Notes under the pieces: model-generated
Databases searched by the model: none
Seen by the model: only the letters and a program-made list of their open reading frames with translations
What the model was told of the DNA's origin: nothing
In this document: positions 27,960 to 37,636 of the stretch, one piece after another
Position numbering within the stretch: the stretch's first letter is position 1
Layout of the letters: each line of letters begins with the position of its first letter
NCBI GenBank assembly: GCA_937930175.1
Contig: CALGLP010000018.1
Span: 14,193-78,192, forward strand
DNA length: 64,000 nucleotides
Source: an uncultured bacterium
Lineage (GTDB): Bacteria; Omnitrophota; Gorgyraeia; Zapsychrales; Aceulaceae
Reading direction: 5' to 3'
Translations under genes and position numbers: made by a program

Positions 27960-30155
27960 ATGAGCCAAGAACACTTTAACGACATATTTTCCCCTAAGAT
28001 TCCTGTCCTTAATCTGGAAGAGCAAGCAGACATGCTCACAGAGTTTACAACCGAAGTCCTAGATCTTTTAATCGAAGCTAAAAATGCTATCCTTGCCCTT
28101 GAAACTGTTTCTAATGATAAAGAAGCTTTAAATAGGGCATTTAAAGTTTTTTATACCATCAAAGGGCTGGCCGCATTTTTAAATTTAGCCGATATTCAGT
28201 TTCTTGCCAGGCAAACCGAAGAGCTTTTTGATGCTTTGCGCAAAGAAACGCTTGCTGTTGATGATGAGGTGATTGAGGTGGCACTTGCGTCCGTAGATCA
28301 ATTACGTATTTTATTGGATTTACTCAATGAACAAATTTCGCATCAAGGTCATTTGACAAGCCCCTATTGCGATGTCAGCACAACAGCCGAACGTATTTTG
28401 ACGCTAAAAGAGCGCGCCATTCCTGGATCCATTAAGAAAGTTATTATCGATAAGCGCCTTGGAAAAATGCCAACGGTGAGCTTGCCGGTTTCAGAACAGG
28501 ATAACCGGGCTAAGATTTTAAAACGTCAGCAAGAGTTAATCAAAGAACGCGAACTTGCTATCCGGTTAGGCCAGCAAGCCCAGCGGCTGGCGGCGGAAAA
28601 AAGTGATATGCTCGCCAGCATGTCCCATGAAATGCGCACGCTGATCAATGCGATCTTAGGTTTTTCTGAACTCCTCATTAAAAGTCCTTTAGAAGAAAAG
28701 CAAAAGATCTTTTTAAGCTCCATTAGTTCCAGCGGCGAGCTTTTACTCGATATTATCAATAATATTCTTGATTTGGCTAAAATTGAGCGTGGAAAGTTAA
28801 AACTTGAAGAATTAAGTTTTAGCCTTCCGGATGTCGTGGAAGATGTTTTTCGTATTATTCGCGCTCGCCTTGAAGGTAAGGCGGTCTCGTTATTTTTTAC
28901 CATTGACGCCAACATCCCTTATGGAATTAAAGGCGATCCAACACGGTTTCGACAAATTCTTCTGAATTTAATTGGCAATGCTGTGAAATTTACAGAAAAA
29001 GGCGAAGTAGGTCTCATTGTTGATCAACTTCCTAGCGAAGAAGCTGTCGCCAATAACGGCAATATTCGTTTGCGCTTTACCGTTTCTGATACCGGTACAG
29101 GCATTCCTGAGTCACGGCTCCATTACATCTTCGAACCCTTTATGCAAGGCGATAAGACGATTGCGCGTGAATATGGTGGAACAGGTCTAGGGCTCGCTAT
29201 TTCAAAAAGCTATGTTGAGCTGATGGGTGGGAAAATATGGGTTGAGTCGCACGTGGGAACGGGAAGCCAGTTTATTTTTGAAGTACCTTTTCCTTATGAT
29301 GAAGCGTTAACTACTAAGGTCGCGACCACGCGCTCCCAGAAGTTAAGCTTTGTCAAGCATAAGTCAGTCATTCTTATTGATAAAGATAGCCGTCAAGAAC
29401 TTCTGAAATATTGCCAAGCCCAAGAAATGAATGTCCAGCTTTTTGATCAATCCGCGGGGGAAATCGCGGAAATATTGCTCAATAGCCGTCCGTTAAATAT
29501 GGCGGCGCCGGACCTTATCTGTATTGACCTTCTTAGCTACAAAGATGAAGCGTATCTTTTGGCAAGTAAATTGCAACAAGCCAAAGCGTTTGAACATACA
29601 AAAATTGTGGCCTTGACATCGGATATCAAGATTGGGTTCTCGAATGAAGCTTATAAGGCGTGCTTTGACGATTACCTTCTGAGACCAATTATCCAGTATG
29701 AATTCTTTTCATTACTTAAAAAAACATTTGGTTATGTCGACGAAGAGGAACAGCGAAAGACGCTTGATATTGATTCCAATTGCGCAGGGATTAAGGTTTT
29801 GATTGTTGATGACAGCATCACTAATATTGAATTGATTAAAGCGTATTTTGAATCGATTGCCTGTGAAGGAGATTTTGCCCTCAACGGCCAAGAAGCCATT
29901 GAAATGATTAAGAAAAAACGTTATGATATATGCTTCATGGATTTGCAAATGCCAGTCATGAATGGTTTTGCAGCTACACAGATTATTCGTCAAGAGATTA
30001 GTCAAGAGCTACCCATCGTCGCCTTAACAGCAGCGGATGCTACTGAAGATAAAGAAAAGTGTAGGGAAATTGGTTTTAATGACTTTTTATCTAAGCCGTT
30101 CAACATGGATGATTTTAAGAAAAAGATACTGACCTATGGCCGAAAATACAACTAA
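27960..30155 (+). CDS. cytoplasmic hybrid sensor histidine kinase: N-terminal HPt-like domain with Tyr in place of the phospho-His, then HisKA, HATPase_c, pseudo-receiver and REC
   Basis: HPt-like FKVFYTIKGLAAF (compare CheA P1 F.ILHTLKGSAGMF); H-box SHEMRTLINAILGFSEL; N/G1/G2 boxes (LIGNAVKFT, DTGTGI, GGTGLGL); C-terminal REC LIVDDS..DICFMDLQMPVMNG. No TM helices. Confidence 0.75.
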   Translation: MSQEHFNDIFSPKIPVLNLEEQADMLTEFTTEVLDLLIEAKNAILALETVSNDKEALNRAFKVFYTIKGLAAFLNLADIQFLARQTEELFDALRKETLAVDDEVIEVALASVDQLRILLDLLNEQISHQGHLTSPYCDVSTTAERILTLKERAIPGSIKKVIIDKRLGKMPTVSLPVSEQDNRAKILKRQQELIKERELAIRLGQQAQRLAAEKSDMLASMSHEMRTLINAILGFSELLIKSPLEEKQKIFLSSISSSGELLLDIINNILDLAKIERGKLKLEELSFSLPDVVEDVFRIIRARLEGKAVSLFFTIDANIPYGIKGDPTRFRQILLNLIGNAVKFTEKGEVGLIVDQLPSEEAVANNGNIRLRFTVSDTGTGIPESRLHYIFEPFMQGDKTIAREYGGTGLGLAISKSYVELMGGKIWVESHVGTGSQFIFEVPFPYDEALTTKVATTRSQKLSFVKHKSVILIDKDSRQELLKYCQAQEMNVQLFDQSAGEIAEILLNSRPLNMAAPDLICIDLLSYKDEAYLLASKLQQAKAFEHTKIVALTSDIKIGFSNEAYKACFDDYLLRPIIQYEFFSLLKKTFGYVDEEEQRKTLDIDSNCAGIKVLIVDDSITNIELIKAYFESIACEGDFALNGQEAIEMIKKKRYDICFMDLQMPVMNGFAATQIIRQEISQELPIVALTAADATEDKEKCREIGFNDFLSKPFNMDDFKKKILTYGRKYN

Positions 30156-30531
30156 GAAAATTCTTGTCGTTGATGATTCAACTCTTGAGCGTGAACTTTT
30201 GATTGAAATTCTCAAAGGCTCGGGGATTAAAAATGATTTTCTTCAGGCCCGCAGCGGAGAACAGGCGATTGAGATCTTGGGACGTTATTACAAAGAGATT
30301 TGTGTTATCTTGCTTGACTGGCAGATGCCTGAAATGTCAGGGATTGAATTTATGGAAGGGGTTGTCAAGGTTCCTGCGGTTGCCAAGATTCCCATTACCA
30401 TGGTTACCGCGTCAGGATCTGAAGACAATAAACGCCAAGCGAAACAGGTTAATCCCAATTTAGCAGGATATGTTGTAAAGCCCTACGAACCTGAGCTTTT
30501 AGTGGCCACTATTAAACCGTTCTTAAGATGA
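30136..30531 (+). CDS. single-domain response regulator (CheY-like)
   Basis: KILVVDDS..ILLDWQMPEMSG..K REC motifs; 131 aa. Confidence 0.8.
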   Translation: MAENTTKKILVVDDSTLERELLIEILKGSGIKNDFLQARSGEQAIEILGRYYKEICVILLDWQMPEMSGIEFMEGVVKVPAVAKIPITMVTASGSEDNKRQAKQVNPNLAGYVVKPYEPELLVATIKPFLR

Positions 30532-31128
30532 TTGCGGTGGTTAAAGATGTTCTTTGGTGGTGCCGTTAATAAAGATTTAGAAAAATTTGCCCAGATTCTT
30601 GCCAAGAGCATTGCAAAGATGTTTTTGGAGCGAAACGCTGTTCATTTTTCACAGGATCCTTCTTGGCAAAAGAAATTGATCATTGAATATGCAGGTTTGA
30701 TGCGTGCTGATGGCATGGAGAAATACAACGAACCGACATTTATTTCATATATCAATTATTTTCTAAATGCCAAGGACATGGAAAGAAATAAAGCGATCGG
30801 TGGGATTGTTGTCTATATTGAGCAAAGTTATGTTGCTGCTCTTTTGAAGCTTTTACGTTATCCTTTAGCCGATGATGAAGATCTGGATGCCCTCGCAGAT
30901 TGCTGTGGAACTCTGTGCAACATTATTGCCGGAGCATTTAAGACGGAAATTTCAAATGCGGGGTACATTGAGCTAGAGATGTCTCATTTTACCAGTTATC
31001 GCAATCGCGCGGTTGTTGGCGTTCCGTTTCATTTTGATGAGCGAGAAAAAATGGAATTGTCTTTTTTTATTCAAAATCAAAAACGTCTTATCGTGGATAT
31101 GACGATGGGCGTTTTGCCTAAGCGATAA
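30532..31128 (+). CDS. hypothetical protein with CheX/CheC-like phosphatase-fold C-terminal half
   Basis: TLCNIIAGAFK resembles the CheX E.GNM.AG motif; N-terminal 100 aa unassigned. TTG at 30532 or ATG at 30547. Confidence 0.35.
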   Translation: MRWLKMFFGGAVNKDLEKFAQILAKSIAKMFLERNAVHFSQDPSWQKKLIIEYAGLMRADGMEKYNEPTFISYINYFLNAKDMERNKAIGGIVVYIEQSYVAALLKLLRYPLADDEDLDALADCCGTLCNIIAGAFKTEISNAGYIELEMSHFTSYRNRAVVGVPFHFDEREKMELSFFIQNQKRLIVDMTMGVLPKR

Positions 31129-31140
31129 GAGAGGTGCTTC

Positions 31141-31497
31141 TTGGATTCGAATACAAATCAAAATGTATTTCAGTACGATGTGGCGACGGTGAGTCTTGAG
31201 CTTCATGTGCGGCCGGAGATTTTAAACAAGTTATTAAAAAGCTTTTCAAACACGCTCGCGCAGAAGATTGCACAACTTGAGGAAGCTACCCTTAAGAATG
31301 ATGTGCTTCAGATTCGCGCGATTATGCATGAAGTCAAAGGGACATCTGGTAATCTTCGTCTAAAGCAAGTTTACGAGACTGCTGACAAAATGCATGTTGC
31401 GGTCAAGGCAGGGGATGCGCCGGAAATCATTGCCCCTCTATTTGAAGCCTTTAAAAAAGCGGCATTTTTGTTTATTGATTACTATAAAAATTTATAA
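31141..31497 (+). CDS. HPt (histidine phosphotransfer) domain protein
   Basis: IMHEVKGTSGNL (HxxKG with His intact) in a four-helix context; TTG start with GAGAGGTG SD. Confidence 0.65.
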   Translation: MDSNTNQNVFQYDVATVSLELHVRPEILNKLLKSFSNTLAQKIAQLEEATLKNDVLQIRAIMHEVKGTSGNLRLKQVYETADKMHVAVKAGDAPEIIAPLFEAFKKAAFLFIDYYKNL

Positions 31498-31511
31498 TAA
31501 GGAGACTCTCT

Positions 31512-31910
31512 ATGTGGAAAATTCTCGTTGTCGATGATAATTATGAAAATCGCGAACTCATTGTCGAGATTTTGCGCGAGCACGCGCGCTGCGATGTTGC
31601 CTCAAGCGGGAAAGAAGCCATTGACGCCTACAATACATCGCTGCATGATAAGCCGTATGATCTTATTTTATTAGATATTGAAATGCCCGAAATTAATGGC
31701 CTTGAGCTTTTGCGTAAAATTCGCCAAAGTGAAGAAGCCGCGGATATTCCTTTGGGGGAGGGTGTTGCCATTATCATGGTTACGGCACATAAAAAACCCT
31801 TCCTAGATGCTTTTTACCAAGGATGTAACGATTATTTTATTAAGCCCATTGATCCTGTTAAGCTCATCCAAAAAATTGAAAAGAAACTGGGCAAGTCGAC
31901 CAAGGAATAA
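31512..31910 (+). CDS. single-domain response regulator
   Basis: KILVVDDN..DLILLDIEMPEINGLELL..K REC motifs; 132 aa. Confidence 0.8.
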   Translation: MWKILVVDDNYENRELIVEILREHARCDVASSGKEAIDAYNTSLHDKPYDLILLDIEMPEINGLELLRKIRQSEEAADIPLGEGVAIIMVTAHKKPFLDAFYQGCNDYFIKPIDPVKLIQKIEKKLGKSTKE

Positions 31911-31948
31911 TAGCATCGCGCCATAACATTTTAAAGCCAGGAGCCCTT

Positions 31949-33241
31949 ATGGAACAAACTGCAAAAATTATTTTAGATGGCAAGACCTACGAATTTCCTA
32001 TTGTGGTAGGCGCGGAAAACGAAAAAGCCATTGACATCCGCACTTTGCGATCACAAACTGGTCACATCACCCTTGATCCTGGTTACGTCAATACGGGTTC
32101 CTGCCAAAGCGCGATTACCTATATAGATGGAGAAAACGGTATCCTGCGTTATCGCGGCATTCCCATTGAGCAGCTAGCAGAGCATTCAACTTTTATCGAA
32201 GTCGCATATCTTTTGATTTATGGGGAATTGCCAACGCATCAACAGCTCGATGAACTCTCAGATAGCTTTACTCAGCACTCTATGTTGCATGAAGATATGA
32301 AGAATTTTTTTGATGGCTATCCTGCCTCAGGACATCCGATGGGTATTCTCTCGGCGATGGTTTGCTCGCTTTCCGCCTATTATCCAGAACTGGAACGAAC
32401 GGAATTAACAACCGTTGATTTTCGACGTATCGCTGTTGAGTTGATTTCCAAGGTACGCACCATCGCAGCGTTTTCTTACAAAAAGAAAATGGGGGAACCT
32501 TTTGTTTATCCGCGTGCAGATCTTAAATTTATTCCTAACTTTCTTAACATGATGTTTTCATCACCCAATCGCGTTTATGAAGTTTCAGATTGTGTTGTTT
32601 CGGCCTTGCAGGCGTTATTTATTTTGCATGCGGATCATGAACAAAATTGCGGAACGTCCACGGTGCGCATGGTAGGAAGTAGTTTGGCCAATCTCTATGC
32701 TTCGGTTTCCTCGGGCATCTGCGCTCTTTGGGGGCCTTTGCATGGTGGCGCCAACCAAGAGGTGACGGCCATGCTCGATGGCATTTATCGCTCAGGGGGT
32801 GATGTAAAGAATTTTATTGACCTTGTTAAAGATCGAAAAAATAATATTCGTTTGATGGGTTTTGGACATCGCGTGTATAAAAATTATGATCCGCGAGCGA
32901 AAATTATTAAGCAGCGAACTGACGCTTTGTTAAAAAAACTCGGGATTCATGATCCTTTGCTTGAGATTGCGGTTAAGCTTGAAGAAGCTGCTCTTCGTGA
33001 TCCTTTCTTTGTTGAGCGCAAACTTTATCCTAATGTTGATTTTTACAGTGGCATTATCTATCGTGCGATTAAAATACCAGCAGATATGGCTCCGGTGATG
33101 TTCGCCATGGCACGTATGGCTGGATGGATTGCGCAATGGAAAGAAATGCGTGATATGTCAGACTTGCGCATCAGTCGTCCGAGGCAAATTTATACAGGAC
33201 ATTGCAAGCGTGATTATATCGCGATCGACCGACGAACATAA
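31949..33241 (+). CDS. gltA: citrate synthase
   Basis: GFGHRVYKNYDPRA signature, HADHEQN, 430 aa. Confidence 0.9.
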   Translation: MEQTAKIILDGKTYEFPIVVGAENEKAIDIRTLRSQTGHITLDPGYVNTGSCQSAITYIDGENGILRYRGIPIEQLAEHSTFIEVAYLLIYGELPTHQQLDELSDSFTQHSMLHEDMKNFFDGYPASGHPMGILSAMVCSLSAYYPELERTELTTVDFRRIAVELISKVRTIAAFSYKKKMGEPFVYPRADLKFIPNFLNMMFSSPNRVYEVSDCVVSALQALFILHADHEQNCGTSTVRMVGSSLANLYASVSSGICALWGPLHGGANQEVTAMLDGIYRSGGDVKNFIDLVKDRKNNIRLMGFGHRVYKNYDPRAKIIKQRTDALLKKLGIHDPLLEIAVKLEEAALRDPFFVERKLYPNVDFYSGIIYRAIKIPADMAPVMFAMARMAGWIAQWKEMRDMSDLRISRPRQIYTGHCKRDYIAIDRRT

Positions 33242-33252
33242 AGGACTCTAAG

Positions 33253-34701
33253 ATGCCCAATATCCAATTTAATCCGAAAATATCGTATTTAAAGAATTCG
33301 AGCATTCTTTTTTTAACAAAAAAACAGATCACGGCCATTAAAACCTTAAAGCTTGACGTATGCCTTAAGGACCAACTTGTCTCCTTGGTGACGCTTCAAC
33401 GATTTTCCGCGGAACAAGGTGAAATAATCCCTCTTTTTATCAAACAAAGCCTTGTTTTAATTGTTGGGCTTGGGGATGATCAGAAAATTTCCAAAACATC
33501 ACTGCGTGTAGCCGTAAAGCAGGCGATTGAGTCACCCCATCTTAAAGGTCTCGCATCGCTTCATGTCTTTCCTCATGCCAACGACGATGAAACGATTTTT
33601 GGCATGATCGAAGGTATCCTTGTCGGTAGTTATACATGGCAGAAATATATTGAGCCCGTCAAGGGTAAGAAATCACTCGCAACCGTTGTCATTGCGGCAT
33701 CGTTTAAAAGTATTTACGCCCAGCGAATCACAATTTGCGGTGGTGTTAATTATACGCGTGATTTGGTTAATGACAACGCAGATGTCGTTCATTCACTCTT
33801 GATGGAGGATGAGCTTAAACGTCTTGTGAAGGGTCAAACGAATATCCGCCTTGAAATTTTAAAAGAAAAAGACCTTAAGAAAAAAGGGCTTAACTTGCTT
33901 CTTGCAGTTAACCGTGCCAGTCAATATCCGCCACGGTTGATGATTGCGCATTATCAAGGAGGAAAAAAAGGCTCTGAAGACCTGGCGATTATTGGCAAAG
34001 GCATTACTTTTGATACGGGAGGGTTAAATTTAAAACCTACGGGAAGTATTGAGAGTATGCGTGAGGATATGGCAGGGGCCGCTGCAGTTTTGGGGATCTT
34101 GAAGAATGTTCTTTCGCTTGGTATTAAAAAGAATATTCTTTTTGTTGTAGCAATTGCGGAGAATGCGATTGGAAAAGCTGCGTATAAGCCAGGGGATGTG
34201 ATTAAAGCTTATAATGGAAAAACTGTTGAGATTGCTAATACCGATGCCGAAGGCCGTCTTGTTTTAGCTGATGCCATTGCGTATGTTGTTAAAAACTATA
34301 AGCCAGCAAGGATGATCGACTTGGCCACGCTAACAGGCGCTTGTCCCGTTGCCCTTGGAAATGATTATACCGGCTTGATGTCCAACGATGATAAGTTTGC
34401 ACAAAAACTTCTTGATGTTGGCCAAAAAACAGACGACCGTACTTGGAGATTACCGCTTTATCCTGAACTGAAGACACATCTTAAAAGTCAATATGCCGAT
34501 TTAAAGAGCACAGGGATTCCTCGAGGCATTGGTGGTACGATTTCAGCTGCAGAGTTTTTACATCAATTTGTCGGTGAGGCCAAATGGGTTCATTTGGATA
34601 TTGCAGGAACAGCCTTTGCGGAAGGACAAGGACGGCTGTATTTTAATTATGGCGCTACGGGATCCGGCGTGCGTCTTGTTACGGAATTTCTACAGGATTA
34701 A
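33253..34701 (+). CDS. pepA: leucyl aminopeptidase (M17)
   Basis: NTDAEGRLVLADA cytosol aminopeptidase signature and GKGITFDTGG block. Confidence 0.9.
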   Translation: MPNIQFNPKISYLKNSSILFLTKKQITAIKTLKLDVCLKDQLVSLVTLQRFSAEQGEIIPLFIKQSLVLIVGLGDDQKISKTSLRVAVKQAIESPHLKGLASLHVFPHANDDETIFGMIEGILVGSYTWQKYIEPVKGKKSLATVVIAASFKSIYAQRITICGGVNYTRDLVNDNADVVHSLLMEDELKRLVKGQTNIRLEILKEKDLKKKGLNLLLAVNRASQYPPRLMIAHYQGGKKGSEDLAIIGKGITFDTGGLNLKPTGSIESMREDMAGAAAVLGILKNVLSLGIKKNILFVVAIAENAIGKAAYKPGDVIKAYNGKTVEIANTDAEGRLVLADAIAYVVKNYKPARMIDLATLTGACPVALGNDYTGLMSNDDKFAQKLLDVGQKTDDRTWRLPLYPELKTHLKSQYADLKSTGIPRGIGGTISAAEFLHQFVGEAKWVHLDIAGTAFAEGQGRLYFNYGATGSGVRLVTEFLQD

Positions 34702-34704
34702 TGA

Positions 34705-36087
34705 TTGATGAAATATCGTGTTGAACATGATAGTTTAGGCGATGTCTACGTTCCTGTGAACAAACTTTATGGCGCGCAAACAGTGCGTTCGATGAAAAAT
34801 TTTGCAATCGGAACAGAACGTTTTACGCCTACTTTTATTTGCGCCATGGTCACTGTTAAAAAAGCCGCAGCTTTGGCTAATCAAGAGCTGAAGGTTTTAT
34901 CTCAAAAAAAAGCAACATTAATCATTCGTGCTTGTGATGAGATTTTCGCAGGATACATGGCTGATCAATTTCCGCTTTCCATTTGGCAAACAGGAAGCGG
35001 CACTCAAACAAATATGAATGTCAATGAAGTTATTGCCAATCGTGCCATTGTCTTGGCCAAAGGCAAAATAGGTAGCAAAACCCCCATTCATCCTAATGAT
35101 GATGTTAATTGCGGACAATCCTCTAATGATGTTTTTCCAACCGCCATGCATATCGCCTCTATGTCGGTGTTGCAAAAAAAATGCATTCCTGCGATTTCTG
35201 GTCTTCGCGATGCTTTTGCTAAAAAGGCTCATGACTATAAAAATATTATCAAAATAGGGCGGACGCATATGATGGATGCAACGCCCGTGACCCTGGGACA
35301 AGAATTTTCTGCGTATGCGCATCAACTTTCATTTGGTCTTGAACGCCTAGCTTTTAGCCTTAAGCACCTTAAAGAGCTTCCCTTGGGTGCGACAGCGGTT
35401 GGAACAGGTCTCAACACGCATCCACGCTTTGCGCAAAAGGCTATTGCCCATATTTCACGCCTAACAGCGCTTTCCTTTAAGAAGGCTCCCAATCCCTTTG
35501 CTGCTATTGCCAGCCATGATGCCATGGTCGAAGCAAGTAGCGCTCTTAAGGGTCTGGCTATCTCTTTGACTAAGATCGCTAATGATATTCGTTTTTTATC
35601 GTCAGGACCACGCTGCGGTATTGGTGAGATCATTTTGCCTTCCAACGAACCTGGAAGCTCTATCATGCCAGGCAAGGTCAATCCTACCCAATGTGAGGCC
35701 ATGCTTATGGTTTGTTCTCAGGTGATTGGCAATGACACGACGATCGCATTAGCGGGAGCAAGTGGAAATTGCGAATTAAACGTACAAAAACCTGTGATTA
35801 TTTATAATTTCCTTCAATCGGCCTTGCTTTTGTCAGAGGCCTGTTATAGCTTCCAAAAGAACTGTATTGAAGGCATCAAGCCAAATAAAAAGAAGATCAA
35901 TGAGCATCTTGAGAAATCCCTTATGCTTGTTACAAGTCTAGTTCCTTTAATAGGTTATGATAAATCAGCGATGATTGCGCATAAGGCTCATCGTGAAAAT
36001 AAGTCGCTTCGTCAAGCTGCGATTGAAAGCGGTTTTGTTTTAGAAAAAAGATTTGATAGGACTGTTAATCCTCGGAAAATGATCTAA
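34705..36087 (+). CDS. fumC: fumarate hydratase, class II
   Basis: GSSIMPGKVNPTQCEAM signature (TQCEA is fumarase-type), 460 aa, lies next to gltA with acnA nearby. Confidence 0.85.
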   Translation: MMKYRVEHDSLGDVYVPVNKLYGAQTVRSMKNFAIGTERFTPTFICAMVTVKKAAALANQELKVLSQKKATLIIRACDEIFAGYMADQFPLSIWQTGSGTQTNMNVNEVIANRAIVLAKGKIGSKTPIHPNDDVNCGQSSNDVFPTAMHIASMSVLQKKCIPAISGLRDAFAKKAHDYKNIIKIGRTHMMDATPVTLGQEFSAYAHQLSFGLERLAFSLKHLKELPLGATAVGTGLNTHPRFAQKAIAHISRLTALSFKKAPNPFAAIASHDAMVEASSALKGLAISLTKIANDIRFLSSGPRCGIGEIILPSNEPGSSIMPGKVNPTQCEAMLMVCSQVIGNDTTIALAGASGNCELNVQKPVIIYNFLQSALLLSEACYSFQKNCIEGIKPNKKKINEHLEKSLMLVTSLVPLIGYDKSAMIAHKAHRENKSLRQAAIESGFVLEKRFDRTVNPRKMI

Positions 36088-36100
36088 CAGGAGATTTGTT

Positions 36101-36208
36101 ATGAAATCACTTATTGAAACACTGTTGACAATTGTTATTCTATTGGTTATTTTCGCCATCCTTGCATATCCTGCCTATATTGCCATTAAAAACATTCGAA
36201 AAAAGTAG
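36101..36208 (+). CDS. 35-aa single-TM peptide (hypothetical)
   Basis: MKSLIETLLTIVILLVIFAILAYPAYIAIKNIRKK; AGGAG SD 9 nt upstream; not in the ORF track because it is under 60 aa. Confidence 0.35.
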   Translation: MKSLIETLLTIVILLVIFAILAYPAYIAIKNIRKK

Positions 36209-36287
36209 GTTTTTGGGCATCTAAGCTGTTGAATTTCATATTAAAAGAGTCTAAAAATAAGTGTAAGACTAATAATCACGAGAAATC

Positions 36288-36316
36288 TTGACATAACCCG
36301 AAGACAGGATTATAGT
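36288..36316 (+). promoter_or_regulatory. consensus sigma70 promoter for rseC-rnf operon
   Basis: TTGACA - 17 nt - TATAGT. Confidence 0.6.
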
Positions 36317-36353
36317 AAATTTTTATTTATTTCTCTTTATCAAGAAATGGTGC

Positions 36354-36776
36354 ATGGTGAATGAATTGCGCAGTTCTATCGAGCATCCTGGTATTGTTAT
36401 TGATACCTTGGGGGACATGGTAACAGTTCAGATTGAGCAGCTTTCAGCCTGTAGTCAGTGTCATGCCAAGCGTGCTTGCTTGTTATCTGATCGCAGTGAA
36501 AAGATTATTGAAATTGCGTGCAACCAGAAAACTTTCAAAAAGGGTGATCAAGTTACTGTTATCTTGGAAGAGCACAAGGGGGTTCTGGCTGTTTTTCTTG
36601 GTTATTTGTTACCTTTTAGTATAGTTTTCTTAACTCTTTTGATCACTCTTTCCATAACAAAAAAAGAGGTTTTTTCAGGGGTTTTAGCCCTTGGGTTTTT
36701 AATTCCGTATTATTTTATTATTTGGCTTCAACAAAATAATATTAAATCTAAGTTTTCATTTCGTATCAAACTATGA
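36354..36776 (+). CDS. rseC: RseC/MucC-family protein (Rnf-associated)
   Basis: GDMVTVQIEQLSACSQCHAKRAC N-terminal Cys motif plus 2 TM helices; immediately upstream of, and ATGA-coupled to, rnfB. Confidence 0.65.
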   Translation: MVNELRSSIEHPGIVIDTLGDMVTVQIEQLSACSQCHAKRACLLSDRSEKIIEIACNQKTFKKGDQVTVILEEHKGVLAVFLGYLLPFSIVFLTLLITLSITKKEVFSGVLALGFLIPYYFIIWLQQNNIKSKFSFRIKL

Positions 36777-37636
36777 TGTATACTGTTTTTACCTCTATTG
36801 TCTTGCTTTCCGTGACTGGAATCCTTTCTGGTGTGATTCTTTTTTTTGTTGCCAAGAAATTTCAAATTACCGAAGATCCCCGTATTGATGCTGTCGAATC
36901 GGTTTTACCTGGAGTTAATTGTGGTGGCTGCGGTTATCCTGGTTGTCGAAAGTTTGCCGAAGCCTGTGTTCGGGCTCAAGATTTTGATAAACTTTTCTGT
37001 CCTGTTGGTGGAAACAAAGGGATGGTGGAGGTATCAAAGATTTTAGGCCTCGAAGTAGCTGAAAAAGAAGTTAAAATTGCCGTTGTGCGCTGTAATGGAT
37101 CGCTTAAAAATCGCCCACGTATCAATGAATATGACGGCCAAGCTCGTTGCAAGATCGTTCATAATCTATATACCGGAGAAACGGGGTGCTCATTTGGTTG
37201 CTTGGGGCTTGGGGACTGCGTTCGTGTTTGTAAATTTGGTGCTATTGAGATTGATGAACAAACACAGCTTCCGATGATTGATGAAGAGAAATGCACAAGC
37301 TGTGGGGCTTGTGTCAAGGCTTGCCCGCGATTTTTAATCGAACTGCGCTATAGAGGTAAAAACCATCAACGCATTTTTGTCGCTTGTTCCAATCCTGAAA
37401 AAGGTAATATTGCAAGAAAAAATTGTTCTGCAGCATGTATTGGCTGCGGGAAATGTTTTAAGGTGTGTTCCTTCGATGCGATTAAAATAGGAGAAAACTT
37501 AGCTTATATCAATTATAAAAAGTGTACGCTTTGCCGCAAGTGTGTGAACGAATGCCCAACGGGGGCTATCCATGAGATTAACTTTAACCTTGTGAGATCA
37601 AGGCAAGCGCAAAACCCAAATGTGAGTATTGTATAA
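36773..37636 (+). CDS. rnfB: Rnf complex subunit B (polyferredoxin)
   Basis: N-terminal TM helix, CGGCGYPGC motif and multiple CxxCxxCxxxCP 4Fe-4S motifs. Confidence 0.85.
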   Translation: MMYTVFTSIVLLSVTGILSGVILFFVAKKFQITEDPRIDAVESVLPGVNCGGCGYPGCRKFAEACVRAQDFDKLFCPVGGNKGMVEVSKILGLEVAEKEVKIAVVRCNGSLKNRPRINEYDGQARCKIVHNLYTGETGCSFGCLGLGDCVRVCKFGAIEIDEQTQLPMIDEEKCTSCGACVKACPRFLIELRYRGKNHQRIFVACSNPEKGNIARKNCSAACIGCGKCFKVCSFDAIKIGENLAYINYKKCTLCRKCVNECPTGAIHEINFNLVRSRQAQNPNVSIV

